From NCBI GenBank assembly GCA_034676685.1, contig JAUCBT010000006.1, positions 6,983 to 70,982 of the forward strand: a stretch of DNA of 64,000 nt, written 5' to 3'. This stretch comes from Xanthobacter sp. (GTDB taxonomy: Bacteria > Pseudomonadota > Alphaproteobacteria > Rhizobiales > Xanthobacteraceae). Position 1 is the first letter of the stretch, and each line of letters begins with the position of its first letter. Below, in pieces: positions 35,942 to 49,527 of the stretch. Below the pieces are notes generated by a model. The model was given only the letters and a program-made list of their open reading frames with translations, was not told where the DNA came from and did not search any database. The position numbers and the translations under genes are program-made.

Positions 35942-36633
35942 GTCAGGCATCCCGTTCGTTGCGCAGCGCTGCGGATGGCACGGATGTTTTCGCCATAAAC
36001 GGATGGATTGGCGAGAGAACCGCCCTTGAACACGGCAGAACCCGCCACCAGCACATCTGCCCCCGCTTCCACTACCAGCGGCGCGGTGTGGGGGGTGACA
36101 CCGCCATCAATCTCGATATGGATCGGCCGGTCTCCGATCATCGCGCGCAGGCGACGCACCTTCTCCACCTGCGAGGGAATGAAAGACTGCCCGCCAAAAC
36201 CGGGATTGACCGTCATGACGCAGATGAGGTCCACCATATCCAGCAGATAGCCCACATCATCGAGCCCGGTGCCGGGATTGAGCGCAAGCCCGGCCTTACA
36301 GCCGGTTGCACGAATGGCCTGAAGTGTGCGGTGAATGTGCGGCCCGGCTTCCAGATGCGCGGTGATGATGTCTGCACCTGCGCGGGCGAAGTCCTCGATA
36401 TAGGCATCCACCGGCGCGATCATCAGATGCACATCCATCACCCCCCGGATGTGCGGGCGGATGGCGGCACACACAGCCGGGCCGATAGTGATGTTGGGCA
36501 CATAATGACCATCCATCACATCCACATGCACCCAGTCCGCACCCTGCGCCTCCACAGCCGCGCATTCCGCGCCGAGTGCCGCGAAGTCCGCCGAGAGAAT
36601 GGAGGGGGCGATCAGGATCTTGCGCGCGCTCAT
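35938..36633 (-). CDS. cbbE: Ribulose-phosphate 3-epimerase
   Basis: [39 protein letters not shown] and EIDGG. Confidence 0.9.
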   Translation of the reverse strand: MSARKILIAPSILSADFAALGAECAAVEAQGADWVHVDVMDGHYVPNITIGPAVCAAIRPHIRGVMDVHLMIAPVDAYIEDFARAGADIITAHLEAGPHIHRTLQAIRATGCKAGLALNPGTGLDDVGYLLDMVDLICVMTVNPGFGGQSFIPSQVEKVRRLRAMIGDRPIHIEIDGGVTPHTAPLVVEAGADVLVAGSAVFKGGSLANPSVYGENIRAIRSAAQRTGCLT

Positions 36634-37532
36634 GCCGGCTCTCCAATCTTCAGCCCGCCAGAAAAGACGCGGCTGGTTGCAATATCCTCGGCCTCGATGG
36701 TGGACAGCATGGTCGCGCTCACCGGCCCCTCATGACGGAACAGACGACTGGCCTGACGCAGACGCGCCCGGTCCAGCGCATTGCGGATGGAACGCGCATT
36801 GGCGAAATGCGGCTGTTCGCGCCGCGCGGTGATGTAGCGACCCAGCACGTCTTCAGCCTGAGCAGACAGGTGATAGCCCTGCGTGGTCAGCATCGCGTGG
36901 GCGATGCGTTGAAGCTCATCATTCGAGTAGTCTGGAAAATCAATGTGGTGGGCAATGCGCGAGCGAAAGCCGGGATTGGACTGGAAGAAACGGTCCATCC
37001 GATCTGCATAACCCGCGAGGATCACCACCAGATCATCGCGCATGTTCTCCATCACCTGAAGCAGGATCTCGATGGCCTCCTGCCCGTAATCACGCTCATT
37101 GTCGGGTCGGTAGAGATAGTAGGCCTCGTCAATAAACAGCACGCCGCCCATCGCCTTCTTCAGAACCTCTTTCGTCTTGGGCGCGGTATGGCCGATATAC
37201 TGCCCCACAAGATCATCGCGGGTGACACTGACAAGGTGACCCTTGCGCACATAGCCCAGCCGGTGCAGCAGCCCGGCCATCTTCAGCGCCACCGTGGTCT
37301 TGCCGGTGCCGGGGTTTCCGGTGAAGGACATGTGCAGGGTGGGGATTTCCTGCGTCAGCCCCAGCTGCCGCCGGCTGCGGTCCACCAGCAGGAAAGCGGC
37401 CGTATCACGGATACGCGCCTTGACCGGGGCAAGGCCGATCAGTTCACGGTCCAGTTCCTCGAGAACCTCTCGCACGCCCGCGCTCTCATATTCGGCGTGC
37501 AGATCAACGGTTGCGACGTTTTCCCCGTCCAT
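36630..37532 (-). CDS. cbbX: CbbX, red-type RuBisCO activase (AAA+)
   Basis: [17 protein letters not shown], Walker [10 protein letters not shown], and [34 protein letters not shown] 37532 has an AAGGA RBS. Confidence 0.9.
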   Translation of the reverse strand: MDGENVATVDLHAEYESAGVREVLEELDRELIGLAPVKARIRDTAAFLLVDRSRRQLGLTQEIPTLHMSFTGNPGTGKTTVALKMAGLLHRLGYVRKGHLVSVTRDDLVGQYIGHTAPKTKEVLKKAMGGVLFIDEAYYLYRPDNERDYGQEAIEILLQVMENMRDDLVVILAGYADRMDRFFQSNPGFRSRIAHHIDFPDYSNDELQRIAHAMLTTQGYHLSAQAEDVLGRYITARREQPHFANARSIRNALDRARLRQASRLFRHEGPVSATMLSTIEAEDIATSRVFSGGLKIGEPA

Positions 37533-37598
37533 GAGATTTTTCCTTTCCCGCACAGGCGCGGTAAATGGCCCGGAGGCGCGTGTCCTCCGGGCGTGATG

Positions 37599-37988
37599 TC
37601 AGCGCTGAACCTCGTGGGTGTAGTGCACGGAGCGCCCCTGAACCTCGGTCCGCACCATGCGGATGGTGGGTTCATGTTCCGGGCGGTTGACGATGAAGCT
37701 CATCGTCACCGTCTCGAAACCACGAACCGAGTCAAAGGCATTGAAGCGAATATAGGCCTGCGGATGGGCCTTGCGGCACTCCTCCAGCTCCAGCATCACG
37801 CCTCTGGCATCCTTCAGGTCGAACATGGGGTTGCCCCACATCTCCCAATAGGTGTTGCGGGGATGGGGGTCGTAGGTCCACTCGACACCCACGGCCCAGT
37901 CGCGGCCAAGACAGTAATCGACCTGTTTGCAGATCTGTTCATCTGTCAGATCCGGCAGATAGGAAAAGCAACCCTGTGTGATGCGCAT
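37599..37988 (-). CDS. cbbS: RuBisCO small subunit, red-type (form IC)
   Basis: MRITQGCFSYLPDLTDEQI...YWEMWGNPMFD, 129 aa. A GAGGA RBS precedes ATG 37988. Confidence 0.9.
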   Translation of the reverse strand: MRITQGCFSYLPDLTDEQICKQVDYCLGRDWAVGVEWTYDPHPRNTYWEMWGNPMFDLKDARGVMLELEECRKAHPQAYIRFNAFDSVRGFETVTMSFIVNRPEHEPTIRMVRTEVQGRSVHYTHEVQR

Positions 37989-37999
37989 GTTATTTTTCC

Positions 38000-40548
<2,549 letters not shown>

Positions 40549-40549
40549 G

Positions 40550-41743
40550 TCAAACCCTCTCACTCTGGCGCTTCAGCGCCGCTATGCCGGGGAGTTCGCG
40601 TCCCTCCAGCCACTCAAGAAAGGCCCCACCGGCGGTGGAGACATAGGTGAAGTCTGCAGTGACACCGGCGGTGTTGAGAGCGGAAACGGTGTCACCACCG
40701 CCGGCCACAGCCACCGCCTTTCCGGCCCGCACCCGGCCCGCCGCATGCCGGGCGAGCAGCACCGTGCCCATGTGGAAGGGGGGCAACTCGAATGCGCCCA
40801 GAGGCCCGTTCCACAAGATGGTCTGCGCCCCATCCAGCACCGCCTGGAAAGCCGCCACCGAATGCGGGCCCGCATCCAAAATCATGGCGTCTTCGGGGCA
40901 TGCATCGGCGCGCGCAAACTCGGCCGGGGCATCGGCGCGGAACTCTCTTGCCACCACCACATCCGATGGCAGATGGATGGTGCAGCCAGAGGCGGCGGCA
41001 AGACGCAGAATCTCGTTCACCGTCTCGGTCTGGTCCTTCTCATGCAGGCTTTTGCCCACTGCCACGCCCTGCGCGAACAGGAAGGTATTGGCCATGCCGC
41101 CGCCGATGATGAGGTGATCGACCCGGCCCACCAGATGGCGCAGAACCGCAATCTTCGATGAGACCTTGGACCCGCCGACAATGGCCACCAACGGGCGGGC
41201 CGGTGCATCCAGCGCCGCGCGCAGGGCGGTAATTTCTTCTGCCATCAGCGGCCCGGCCGCCGATGGCAGAATGCGCGCGATCGCTTCCGTGGAGGCATGG
41301 GCACGATGGGCGCAGGAGAAGGCGTCATTCACATAGATATCGCCCAGCGCCGCAAGCCGGCGGGCAAGATCCCGGCAGTTCGTTTCCTCACCTGGGTCGA
41401 AACGCAGGTTTTCCACCAGCAGAACGCTGCCGGGGCGCAAGGATGCAGCAGCGGTTTCCGCTGCCTCCAGATCCGCAAAGCACACCGATGCTTCCAGTGC
41501 GCTCTCAAGCGCGGCACGCACGGAGGCAAGACTGAAGGTGGCGTCCGCCTGCCCGTTCGGCCGGCCGAAATGCGAGAGGATGACCAGCGCCGCGCCATTT
41601 GCCAGCAGCGGTCGCATACCGGCGGCGAAACGATCGATACGGGTGGTGTCGGTGATCCGCCCGTCCTGCATCGGCACGTTCAGATCTGCACGCACCACCA
41701 GCCGGCGGCCTTTGACATCCAATTCATGAATGGAGGGGATCAT
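40550..41743 (-). CDS. cbbK: Phosphoglycerate kinase
   Basis: [34 protein letters not shown] and GGGDT. Confidence 0.9.
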   Translation of the reverse strand: MIPSIHELDVKGRRLVVRADLNVPMQDGRITDTTRIDRFAAGMRPLLANGAALVILSHFGRPNGQADATFSLASVRAALESALEASVCFADLEAAETAAASLRPGSVLLVENLRFDPGEETNCRDLARRLAALGDIYVNDAFSCAHRAHASTEAIARILPSAAGPLMAEEITALRAALDAPARPLVAIVGGSKVSSKIAVLRHLVGRVDHLIIGGGMANTFLFAQGVAVGKSLHEKDQTETVNEILRLAAASGCTIHLPSDVVVAREFRADAPAEFARADACPEDAMILDAGPHSVAAFQAVLDGAQTILWNGPLGAFELPPFHMGTVLLARHAAGRVRAGKAVAVAGGGDTVSALNTAGVTADFTYVSTAGGAFLEWLEGRELPGIAALKRQSERV

Positions 41744-42741
41744 GAGAGCCTCCCCATCACCGCCGCCGTATCCAGCATGCGGTTGGCGAAGCCCCACTCA
41801 TTGTCATACCAGGACATGACGCGGCACAGACCGCCATCAATCACCTTGGTCTGGTCCATGTGAAAGATGGAGGAATGGGGATCGTGGTTGAAATCACACG
41901 ACACGTTCGGCTGGTCGGTATAGCCGAGCACGCCGCGCAAACGACCATCGGCAGCCTTGCGGATGGTCGCGTTGATCTCTTCCGCCGTCGTGTCGCGCGC
42001 CGCCTCGAACACCAGATCGACAACCGAGACATTGGGGGTTGGCACGCGGATGGCGAAACCATCCAGCCGCCCCTTCAGCTCCGGCAGCACCAGTCCCACC
42101 GCCTTGGCTGCCCCCGTGGAGGTCGGGATCATGGAGAGCGCCGCTGCACGGGCGCGGTAAAGATCCTTGTGCACCTGATCCAGCGAGGGCTGGTCATTGG
42201 TGTAGGAATGGATCGTGGTCATGATGCCACGCATGATGCCGATGGACTGGTGCAGCACCTGCGCCACCGGGCTCAGGCAATTGGTGGTGCAGGAGCCGTT
42301 CGAAACCACCACGTCACCGGGTGTCAGCGTGTCATGGTTGACGCCATAAACCACCGTCTTGTCGGCCCCGTTGGCGGGGGCGGAGACCAGCACGCGCCTT
42401 GCCCCGTTCTTCAGATGCCGCGCCGCCTTCTCACGGTCCGTGAACAGGCCGGTGCATTCGAGCGCAATGTCTACATCCGCCCAGGGCAGCTCTTCGGGGT
42501 TACGGATGGCTGTGACCCGGATGCGGCCGCGCCCGGCATCGATCCAGTCCGGCCCCGTCGCGACAGCCTGCGAGAAGCGTCCGGCGACAGAGTCGAAACG
42601 CAACAGATGTGCATTGGTCTCCACCGAGCCGAGATCGTTGATGGCCACGATCTCCACATCCGTGCGCCCGGATTCCACGATGGCGCGTAGCACATTGCGC
42701 CCGATGCGACCGAAGCCGTTGATGCCGAGTCTGATCGTCAT
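41740..42741 (-). CDS. cbbG: Glyceraldehyde-3-phosphate dehydrogenase
   Basis: [25 protein letters not shown] and [12 protein letters not shown] overlaps at both ends. Confidence 0.9.
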   Translation of the reverse strand: MTIRLGINGFGRIGRNVLRAIVESGRTDVEIVAINDLGSVETNAHLLRFDSVAGRFSQAVATGPDWIDAGRGRIRVTAIRNPEELPWADVDIALECTGLFTDREKAARHLKNGARRVLVSAPANGADKTVVYGVNHDTLTPGDVVVSNGSCTTNCLSPVAQVLHQSIGIMRGIMTTIHSYTNDQPSLDQVHKDLYRARAAALSMIPTSTGAAKAVGLVLPELKGRLDGFAIRVPTPNVSVVDLVFEAARDTTAEEINATIRKAADGRLRGVLGYTDQPNVSCDFNHDPHSSIFHMDQTKVIDGGLCRVMSWYDNEWGFANRMLDTAAVMGRLS

Positions 42742-44714
42742 GTCCTGCAAGCTCCCTTCGCCGCGCGGATGACGGCATCCGCTGTGATGCCGAACTGCCG
42801 GTAGAGTTCCGGCGCGGGCGCGGAGGCCCCAAATCCGGTCATGCCGATGAACGCATCCGAGGGACGAAGCGCGATGTCCCACCCGGTGCGCAGCGCCGCC
42901 TCGATACCGATGCGCGGGACATCCCCCAGCACGCCCTGCCGGTAGGCCTCATCCTGCGCCGCGAACAGTTCGAATGACGGCAGGGAAACGATGGCCGCCA
43001 TGATCCCCTCCTGCGCCAGCCGTTCGGCCGCCAGATGCGCGATCTCGATCTCCGAGCCAGTCGCGATCAATGTCACGTCACGCTTCTCGGCAGACCGCAG
43101 GAGATAGCCCCCGCGCGCGGTGAGGTTCTCATCCGCGCTCTGGCGCAGGGTCGGCAGGTTCTGCCGCGAGAGCACCAGCATCACAGGCCGGTCTTTTGTC
43201 GCGAGGGCGATTTCCCATGCCTCTGCGGTTTCTACCGCATCACAGGGGCGAATGACCGTGAGATTGGGAATGACGCGCAGGCTCGCGAGATGCTCCACCG
43301 GCTGGTGCGTTGGCCCATCCTCGCCAAGCCCGATTGAGTCATGGGTCATGACAAAGATGGTGGGCACGCCCATTAGCGCGGCGAGGCGGATGGCCGGGCG
43401 GCAGTAATCCGCGAAAGCCAGAAAGGTGCCGCCATAGGGGCGGAACAGGCCGTGCAGCACCATGCCATTCATGGCCGCAGACATGCCATGTTCGCGAATA
43501 CCCCAGTGAATGTAACGGCCCTCAAAATCATCCGCCGTGATCGCGCTCATGTCGCGGGTGCGGGTGAGGTTGGAGCCGGTCAGGTCCGCCGATCCGCCAA
43601 TGGTGAAGGGCAGCGCGGCATTGACCACACCCAGCGCCATTTCACTGGCCTTGCGGGTGGCGACCTTCGGCTTCTCCGCGATCAGCTTCGCCTTGTAGTC
43701 CGCCATCGGCGCATCCAGCGCCTGCGGGTTCAGGGCCTGCGCCTCAAGGAATGCGGCACGCAGGGGCGAGGTGGTCAGCTGCTCCCGCCATGCCATGTGT
43801 GCGGCTGCACCACGGGCGGCGACGCGAGCAAAGGCGGAATAGACCTCTGCCGGAATTTCGAAGGGCGGTGCGGTCCAGCCCAGATTCGCGCGGGTGGCGG
43901 CGATTTCATCCGGCCCCAGCGGCGCGCCGTGCACATCACATCCGCCCTGCCGGTTGGGTGCGCCACAGCCGATCAGGGTGCGGCACGCAATCAGGGTCGG
44001 GCGATCAGAACGACGCGCCTCCTCAATCGCGGCGGCAATCTCTTCCGGTGCATGACCATCGCAGGACAGGACATTCCAGCCGGACGCCCGGAACCGCATC
44101 GCCTGATCCACCGAGGTGGACAAAGAGGTCGCGCCATCAATGGTGATACGGTTATCATCCCACAGCACAATCAGCCGCGACAGCTTGAGGTGCCCCGCAA
44201 TGTCGATGGCTTCCTGGCTCACGCCTTCCATCAGGCAACCATCGCCGGCCATGACATAGGTGGCATGCTCCACCAGACCGGGGAAACGGGTCGCGCCCAT
44301 GCGTTCTGCCAGCGCCATGCCCACCGCAGTCGCGATGCCCTGCCCGAGCGGACCGGTGGTGACCTCGACCCCCAGCGTGTGGCCATATTCGGGATGGCCA
44401 GCCGTGCGGCTGCCCCACTGGCGGAATGCGCGCAGTTCGGCTATGCCCATGTCTGCATAGCCCAGCAGGTGATGCAGCGCATAAAGCAGCATCGAACCAT
44501 GGCCGGCCGAGAGGACGAAGCGGTCCCGGTCCGCCCAGTCGGGGGCTGTGGGGTCGATCTTGATGAAGCGGTTGAACAGCACGGTCGCCACATCCGCCAT
44601 GCCCATGGGCATGCCAGGATGACCGGATTTTGCCTGTTCGACGGCATCCATTGTCAGCACACGCAAGGCGTGCGCCATCGTCCGCTCATTGGCGGTTGCC
44701 AAGACTTCAGTCAT
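42738..44714 (-). CDS. cbbT: Transketolase
   Basis: [26 protein letters not shown] and [20 protein letters not shown]. Confidence 0.9.
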   Translation of the reverse strand: MTEVLATANERTMAHALRVLTMDAVEQAKSGHPGMPMGMADVATVLFNRFIKIDPTAPDWADRDRFVLSAGHGSMLLYALHHLLGYADMGIAELRAFRQWGSRTAGHPEYGHTLGVEVTTGPLGQGIATAVGMALAERMGATRFPGLVEHATYVMAGDGCLMEGVSQEAIDIAGHLKLSRLIVLWDDNRITIDGATSLSTSVDQAMRFRASGWNVLSCDGHAPEEIAAAIEEARRSDRPTLIACRTLIGCGAPNRQGGCDVHGAPLGPDEIAATRANLGWTAPPFEIPAEVYSAFARVAARGAAAHMAWREQLTTSPLRAAFLEAQALNPQALDAPMADYKAKLIAEKPKVATRKASEMALGVVNAALPFTIGGSADLTGSNLTRTRDMSAITADDFEGRYIHWGIREHGMSAAMNGMVLHGLFRPYGGTFLAFADYCRPAIRLAALMGVPTIFVMTHDSIGLGEDGPTHQPVEHLASLRVIPNLTVIRPCDAVETAEAWEIALATKDRPVMLVLSRQNLPTLRQSADENLTARGGYLLRSAEKRDVTLIATGSEIEIAHLAAERLAQEGIMAAIVSLPSFELFAAQDEAYRQGVLGDVPRIGIEAALRTGWDIALRPSDAFIGMTGFGASAPAPELYRQFGITADAVIRAAKGACRT

Positions 44715-44727
44715 AGGATGTGCCCTT

Positions 44728-45600
44728 TCAGGCCTGCTTCTTGCGGGCGAGCAAACGCAGGATGAGGGGGGTGAGGATCAGCTGCATCGCCAGATCCATC
44801 TTGTTTCCGGGCACCACAATGGAATTCGCCCGGGTCATCCATGACCCGCTGATCATGGTGGTGAGATAGGGAAAGTCTATACCGCGTGGATTCTTGAAGC
44901 GGATAACAACAAGACTTTCATCTGCTGTTGGAATCCAACGGGCCACGAATGGGTTTGATGTATCCACCACCGGAACACGCTGGAAATTGACGTCTGTTTC
45001 TGTAAATTGCGGGCAGATGCAGTGCACATAAGCATGCATCCGGCGCAGGATCACATCGGTCACGGCCTCGGTGGAGTAGCCGCGCATGGCGCGATCGCGG
45101 TGGATCTTCTGAATCCACTCCAGATTGATCACCGGCACCACGCCGATCTTAAGATCACCCCAGCGGGCGATATCGACCTCGTCATTCACCACCGAACCAT
45201 GCAGGCCTTCATAGAAGAGCAGATCGGAGCCGTCTTCGAACGGAGCCCAGTCTGTGAAGGTGCCGGGGCGGGTGCCATAGCGCTCCGCCTCGTTCTGGTC
45301 ATGCACATAGTGGCGGGTGCGTCCGGAGCCCGTCTCGCCATAGATGCGGAAGGTGCGCTCCAGCTCGGCAAGTTCATTTGCCTCATAGGAAAAATGCGAG
45401 AAGGTGAGATCTCCGGCCTCGGTGCGGCGGGCGAGTTCATTCTTCATCGCTTCGCGGTCGAAACGGTGGAACGCGTCCCCCTCGATGGAGACGGCATTGA
45501 TGCCTTCACGGCGAAAGATCTGGTCGAAGGTGTGCTTCACCATCGTGGTGCCGGCACCTGACGACCCGGTGACCGAAATGATCGGATGACGGATGCTCAT
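44728..45600 (-). CDS. cbbP: Phosphoribulokinase
   Basis: [19 protein letters not shown] (P-loop) and typical length (290 aa). Confidence 0.9.
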   Translation of the reverse strand: MSIRHPIISVTGSSGAGTTMVKHTFDQIFRREGINAVSIEGDAFHRFDREAMKNELARRTEAGDLTFSHFSYEANELAELERTFRIYGETGSGRTRHYVHDQNEAERYGTRPGTFTDWAPFEDGSDLLFYEGLHGSVVNDEVDIARWGDLKIGVVPVINLEWIQKIHRDRAMRGYSTEAVTDVILRRMHAYVHCICPQFTETDVNFQRVPVVDTSNPFVARWIPTADESLVVIRFKNPRGIDFPYLTTMISGSWMTRANSIVVPGNKMDLAMQLILTPLILRLLARKKQA

Positions 45601-45610
45601 GGGGATATCC

Positions 45611-46621
45611 TCAGGTGCGAAACAGGCTGCGATTGCTGAAGAGCGCGGTTGTCTCCGCCTCCGGCAGATCGTGATAGGAGGCCACGCGCGCCACATTGTC
45701 CGCCGAACCGAAGACAAAGGGGCTGCGCTCATGCAGACTCTGCGGAATATGGGAGAGAGTGCGGTTCAGCGCGTCCGTGGCCTGTCCGCCCGCCTGCTCA
45801 ATGATGAAGGCGATGGGGGCGCACTCGTAGAGATAGCGCAGCCTGCCCCGCTCATATCCGCGCCTGCTGTCGGCGGGATAAAGAAACACGCCACTGCGGG
45901 TGAGGATGCGGTGTGTTTCGCCAACAAGCGAGGCCAGCCAGCGCATGTTGAAGTTCTTCTCACGCGGGCCGGTCGCGCCTGCCATGCAATCATCCACCCA
46001 CACCCGGATGGGCCGGGACCAGTGGCGGTAATTGGATGCGTTGATCGCAAATTCCCAGGACTTGCGCGCAATGCTCAGCCCATTGCTGACAAGATTGAAA
46101 CGGCGGCTTTCCGGGTCGAGCAGATACTTCTGAACACCTTCGCCAAAGGTCAGGATGAGGCAGCACTGCGGCCCGTAGATCGCATAACCCGCCCCACACA
46201 TCTCGAAACCCGGGCGGAGGAAGCTTTCTTCCGGGGTATTTCCCGCCGGGTACAGGGCGAAGATGGAGCCGATCGGCGCGTTGACATCAATATTCGATGA
46301 ACCATCGAGTGGATCGATCGCCAGCGCCAGATCACCTTCGGGATTCAGGGTCAACGCCGTATCCTGCTCCTCGGAGACAAGGTGGCGCACCTGCGATCCG
46401 GCAAGCGCAGCGCAGAAGGCATCATCGGCGATGATATCCAGCGCCTTCTGCACATCGCCACCACCGCCATCGGCCTGCATCTCCTGATGCAGGGTATCTG
46501 CCGGGTCGCTTTTTGCGATGCGCAATGAAAGGCCTGCAACAACGAACGCTATTCTTTCGATCACATCCAGATACTGTATCGGGATGTGCTGATGCGGAAT
46601 TACCGCTTGATCTGCGCTCAT
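45611..46621 (-). CDS. cbbF: Class 1 fructose-1,6-/sedoheptulose-1,7-bisphosphatase
   Basis: [12 protein letters not shown] and GGVFLYPAD-type motifs. ATG 46621 is preceded by GGGAGGG. Confidence 0.85.
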   Translation of the reverse strand: MSADQAVIPHQHIPIQYLDVIERIAFVVAGLSLRIAKSDPADTLHQEMQADGGGGDVQKALDIIADDAFCAALAGSQVRHLVSEEQDTALTLNPEGDLALAIDPLDGSSNIDVNAPIGSIFALYPAGNTPEESFLRPGFEMCGAGYAIYGPQCCLILTFGEGVQKYLLDPESRRFNLVSNGLSIARKSWEFAINASNYRHWSRPIRVWVDDCMAGATGPREKNFNMRWLASLVGETHRILTRSGVFLYPADSRRGYERGRLRYLYECAPIAFIIEQAGGQATDALNRTLSHIPQSLHERSPFVFGSADNVARVASYHDLPEAETTALFSNRSLFRT

Positions 46622-46719
46622 GGCGCGCCCTCCCGACATGTTTTTATTTGAATAAAACTTGCCATAGACCGAAATTCGGGGATATTTAAAAATATCCAAC
46701 TGCCATTCAGAAAAATCTA
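46622..46719. promoter_or_regulatory. cbbR-cbbF divergent control region with AT-rich dyads (candidate CbbR sites)
   Basis: 98-nt AT-rich spacer. TTTTATT-TG-AATAAAA lies at 46642-46657 and ATATTT-AA-AAATAT at 46682-46695. LysR regulators bind interrupted AT-rich dyads. Confidence 0.45.
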
Positions 46720-47673
46720 ATGCCTCGCCCTCTTTCCATCACCCTCCGCCAGTTGCGCGCCCTTGTTGCCGTTACAGAAACGGGCTCCATCACGGCGGCG
46801 GCAGAAAAAATGGGGCTGACCCCTCCCGCCGTACATGCTCAAATCCGCGGGCTGGAGACGGCCCTTGCCGTGCCGCTTTTGCAGCGGGCTGAGCATGGCA
46901 ACGGTTCTGCACCCACAGCAGAGGCTGAGCCGGTTCTGGAAACCGCGCGGCGTATCGAGATCGCGCTCGCGGCCTGCGTCACCCAGGTGCGGGCGCTCAA
47001 ATCCGGCCATGCCGGCCATGTCACTCTTGGCATGGTTTCAACCGCCAAATATTTCGCGCCACGCCTTGTGGCGCAGCTCAAGCACCTGCTGCCGGGCATC
47101 GAGATTGCGCTGGTTGAAGCCAATCGGGGTGGCATCATTTCCGATCTTCAGCGCCAGGCGATTGATCTTGCCATCATGGGCCGACCACCACGCCAGCCAC
47201 TGGTGGCCTCGACCGTGATTGGCCCGCACCCGCACGGCTTTGTCGCACCGCCAGACCATCCGCTTGTTGGCCGGCGCGTGACGGCGCGAGAATTGTTCGA
47301 ACACCCCCTGATTGCGCGTGAGGATGGTTCTGGCACGCGCATTCTGATGACACGCTATCTGGAGTCACAGCCCGAGGGGCGTTCCGTCATACCAACCGTG
47401 ATGGGCTCAAATGAAACCATCAAGCAAGCGGTGATGGCCGGCCTTGGCGTGGCGTTCCTCTCCCTGCATACGGTGACGGATGAACTCCAAACGGGCCGGC
47501 TTGTCGCTCTGGATGTACCCGGCATGCCATTGATACGGCAATGGTTTCTTGTACATCCCGCAACCGCCCGCCTATCTGCCGCCGCAGAGAGGGTTCAGGC
47601 ACAGATTGAGGCGATGGGCGCATCCTTCCTGCCTGAACTACCGGAAGGGATCCTTCACGGCCACAAGCGCTGA
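46720..47673 (+). CDS. cbbR: LysR-family regulator of the cbb operon
   Basis: [40 protein letters not shown] wHTH. Divergent from cbbF. Confidence 0.85.
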   Translation: MPRPLSITLRQLRALVAVTETGSITAAAEKMGLTPPAVHAQIRGLETALAVPLLQRAEHGNGSAPTAEAEPVLETARRIEIALAACVTQVRALKSGHAGHVTLGMVSTAKYFAPRLVAQLKHLLPGIEIALVEANRGGIISDLQRQAIDLAIMGRPPRQPLVASTVIGPHPHGFVAPPDHPLVGRRVTARELFEHPLIAREDGSGTRILMTRYLESQPEGRSVIPTVMGSNETIKQAVMAGLGVAFLSLHTVTDELQTGRLVALDVPGMPLIRQWFLVHPATARLSAAAERVQAQIEAMGASFLPELPEGILHGHKR

Positions 47674-47704
47674 GACGGAGACAATATATATGGCCACGCT
47701 GCGC

Positions 47705-49456
47705 TCAGGATGGGCGGCCCATCCTGTCTCGCATATCGAACAGGATGATGGTGGCATTATCCGGTGCCCCGGCCTCCAGAACTGCGGCGATGATTGCATC
47801 AGCGGCTTTGGCCAGGCTTTCGGCATTCATCACAATATTCCGGGCCTGTTGAAGCGAAAGCACTTCAAACACCCCATCTGATCCCAGAAACAGAATGTCG
47901 TCACCCGCCCCCCGTTCAAACCGGAGAATATCGGGTTCATTGCTCAATGCCGGCCCGAAGTCTGGCACGCCAAGCGCACGAGAAACGGCAATACCCACGG
48001 GCATATGCGGCACAAAGAGCCTCAATGGTCCCCACCCCACCATTTCGCCGCTATCCATCATGCGCAGTTCGCGCCGTACCTCTCCGCCGGAAGCGATGAT
48101 ACGCTCTGCTTCATGCGCTTGCGAGGGGTGATGCGGAACGGTCAGGGTCATTGCATCATCGCACGGCGAGGCGCGGAATATGCCGACTGGAGAATCCCCC
48201 ACCCATGCCAGATGGATGTCATCCTTGCAGACCACGGCAATCGTCGCCGTTGTGCCGCATGTGATGTGCGGGTCGATCCTGCGCAGGCGCGCCTGCGTGG
48301 CAGCGAACGCCTCACGGATAGCGCTTTCGATATAATCCGGTTCGCAATTGGTTGCAGTGCCCAGTTGTTCCGCCAGAACCAGAGGCAGGTGTCGCGCTGC
48401 AAACTGGCTGCTGCGGGCACCACCCAGCCCATCAAACACAGCAAGGATGAGCATGTCATCGCGCTGAAGAATGCTGGCGGCGTCTTCCATGGATCTCCTG
48501 TGCCGGCCCGCATCGCTTGCCATGCCCATGGAGCGGGGAAGCTGCGGCACCGGGCGCGGTACACCATGGATCATCCTAGGGACTGGCTCATTCTCAAGCT
48601 CATGAAGAATTTCCGGGAAGTCGGGGCGTTGTTGCGGGTCGGCCATGAGGCAGCGGGCTGCAAGTGCCTGCAATTGCGTATCGTCCTGATGCCATTGCGG
48701 ACGGAAACCGTCCTCAATCACCTTTCGGGCGAATTCCGTCGCATCAAGTGAACCGGGCAGGCCGGTGGCCACATCGCGATAGGGGCGTGCACCGCCATGT
48801 GCAACTTCATGCATCAAAATGCCGAAAGCATAGATATCGACACGCCGGTCATAGGGCTTCCAGGCCAGAAGCTCTGGAGCCATATGAAACAGTGATCCGA
48901 CCGGTTCTTCCTTCTGCGCATCGGTGGGAAGCACGATAGCGCGGTCAAAGTCAGCCAGTTTTACTTCGGGGGCATGCTCGCTAAGGGTCCTGAAAACGAG
49001 GATATTCTCCGCCTTGATGTCCCGGTGAACAATATCCAGAGCATGCAAACCCACCATGGCGCGTGCAATCTGCGCAAGAATGGCGCGCGTCTGCTCCGGT
49101 GGAGGTGGGTGCGGTTCTCCCTTTTCATTCCGCAGGAAGCGATGCAGTTCGCCGTGATGCGCGCGCTCATAGGCACGCACCAGATACTCATGCGTGCCAC
49201 CCACACCCAGCAACTGCACGATACCCGCCTTCTCCTCAAGTGCCTGAAGGCGCGCGTAGATATCCAGCTCGCCTTCCACCAGTTCCGCCTTCTCCCAGGG
49301 CGTGAATTTCCAGATCAGTTCAGGCCGGGCATCATCGGTCACGAGCAGCGTTGTGCTGGACAGCATGCGCCCACGTGCAGGTGGAAGCGGACCGCACAGG
49401 GGTAGGCATTGCGTGTGCCCCACCCGCATAGGCAGGTTCGAATACAGACCAGACAT
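47705..49456 (-). CDS. Fusion protein: Hanks-type Ser/Thr protein kinase (N-terminal) plus PP2C/PPM phosphatase (C-terminal)
   Basis: Kinase motifs: HRDIKAENIL, KLADFDRA (DFD in place of DFG), FHMAPE, DIYAFGILMHEV. PP2C motifs: RRSMEDA, VFDGLGG, GTTATIAVV, WVGDSP, LGSDGVFEVL, PDNATIILFDM. ATG 49456 has GGAGGG 6 nt upstream. Confidence 0.8.
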   Translation of the reverse strand: MSGLYSNLPMRVGHTQCLPLCGPLPPARGRMLSSTTLLVTDDARPELIWKFTPWEKAELVEGELDIYARLQALEEKAGIVQLLGVGGTHEYLVRAYERAHHGELHRFLRNEKGEPHPPPPEQTRAILAQIARAMVGLHALDIVHRDIKAENILVFRTLSEHAPEVKLADFDRAIVLPTDAQKEEPVGSLFHMAPELLAWKPYDRRVDIYAFGILMHEVAHGGARPYRDVATGLPGSLDATEFARKVIEDGFRPQWHQDDTQLQALAARCLMADPQQRPDFPEILHELENEPVPRMIHGVPRPVPQLPRSMGMASDAGRHRRSMEDAASILQRDDMLILAVFDGLGGARSSQFAARHLPLVLAEQLGTATNCEPDYIESAIREAFAATQARLRRIDPHITCGTTATIAVVCKDDIHLAWVGDSPVGIFRASPCDDAMTLTVPHHPSQAHEAERIIASGGEVRRELRMMDSGEMVGWGPLRLFVPHMPVGIAVSRALGVPDFGPALSNEPDILRFERGAGDDILFLGSDGVFEVLSLQQARNIVMNAESLAKAADAIIAAVLEAGAPDNATIILFDMRDRMGRPS

Positions 49457-49474
49457 GAGGAACCCTCCAAAAGT

Positions 49475-49508
49475 GGAAAGCGCGCGACTGATGTGCCGCG
49501 CGCTTTCC
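49475..49508 (-). terminator. Intrinsic-terminator-like hairpin between the MFS gene and the kinase-PP2C gene
   Basis: GGAAAGCGCGCG-10 nt-CGCGCGCTTTCC, a perfect 12-bp stem. On the minus strand it is followed by ACTTTT and then immediately by the GGAGGG RBS of the kinase gene. Confidence 0.55.
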
Positions 49509-49527
49509 GGCTGTTTCTGCCGGGATG

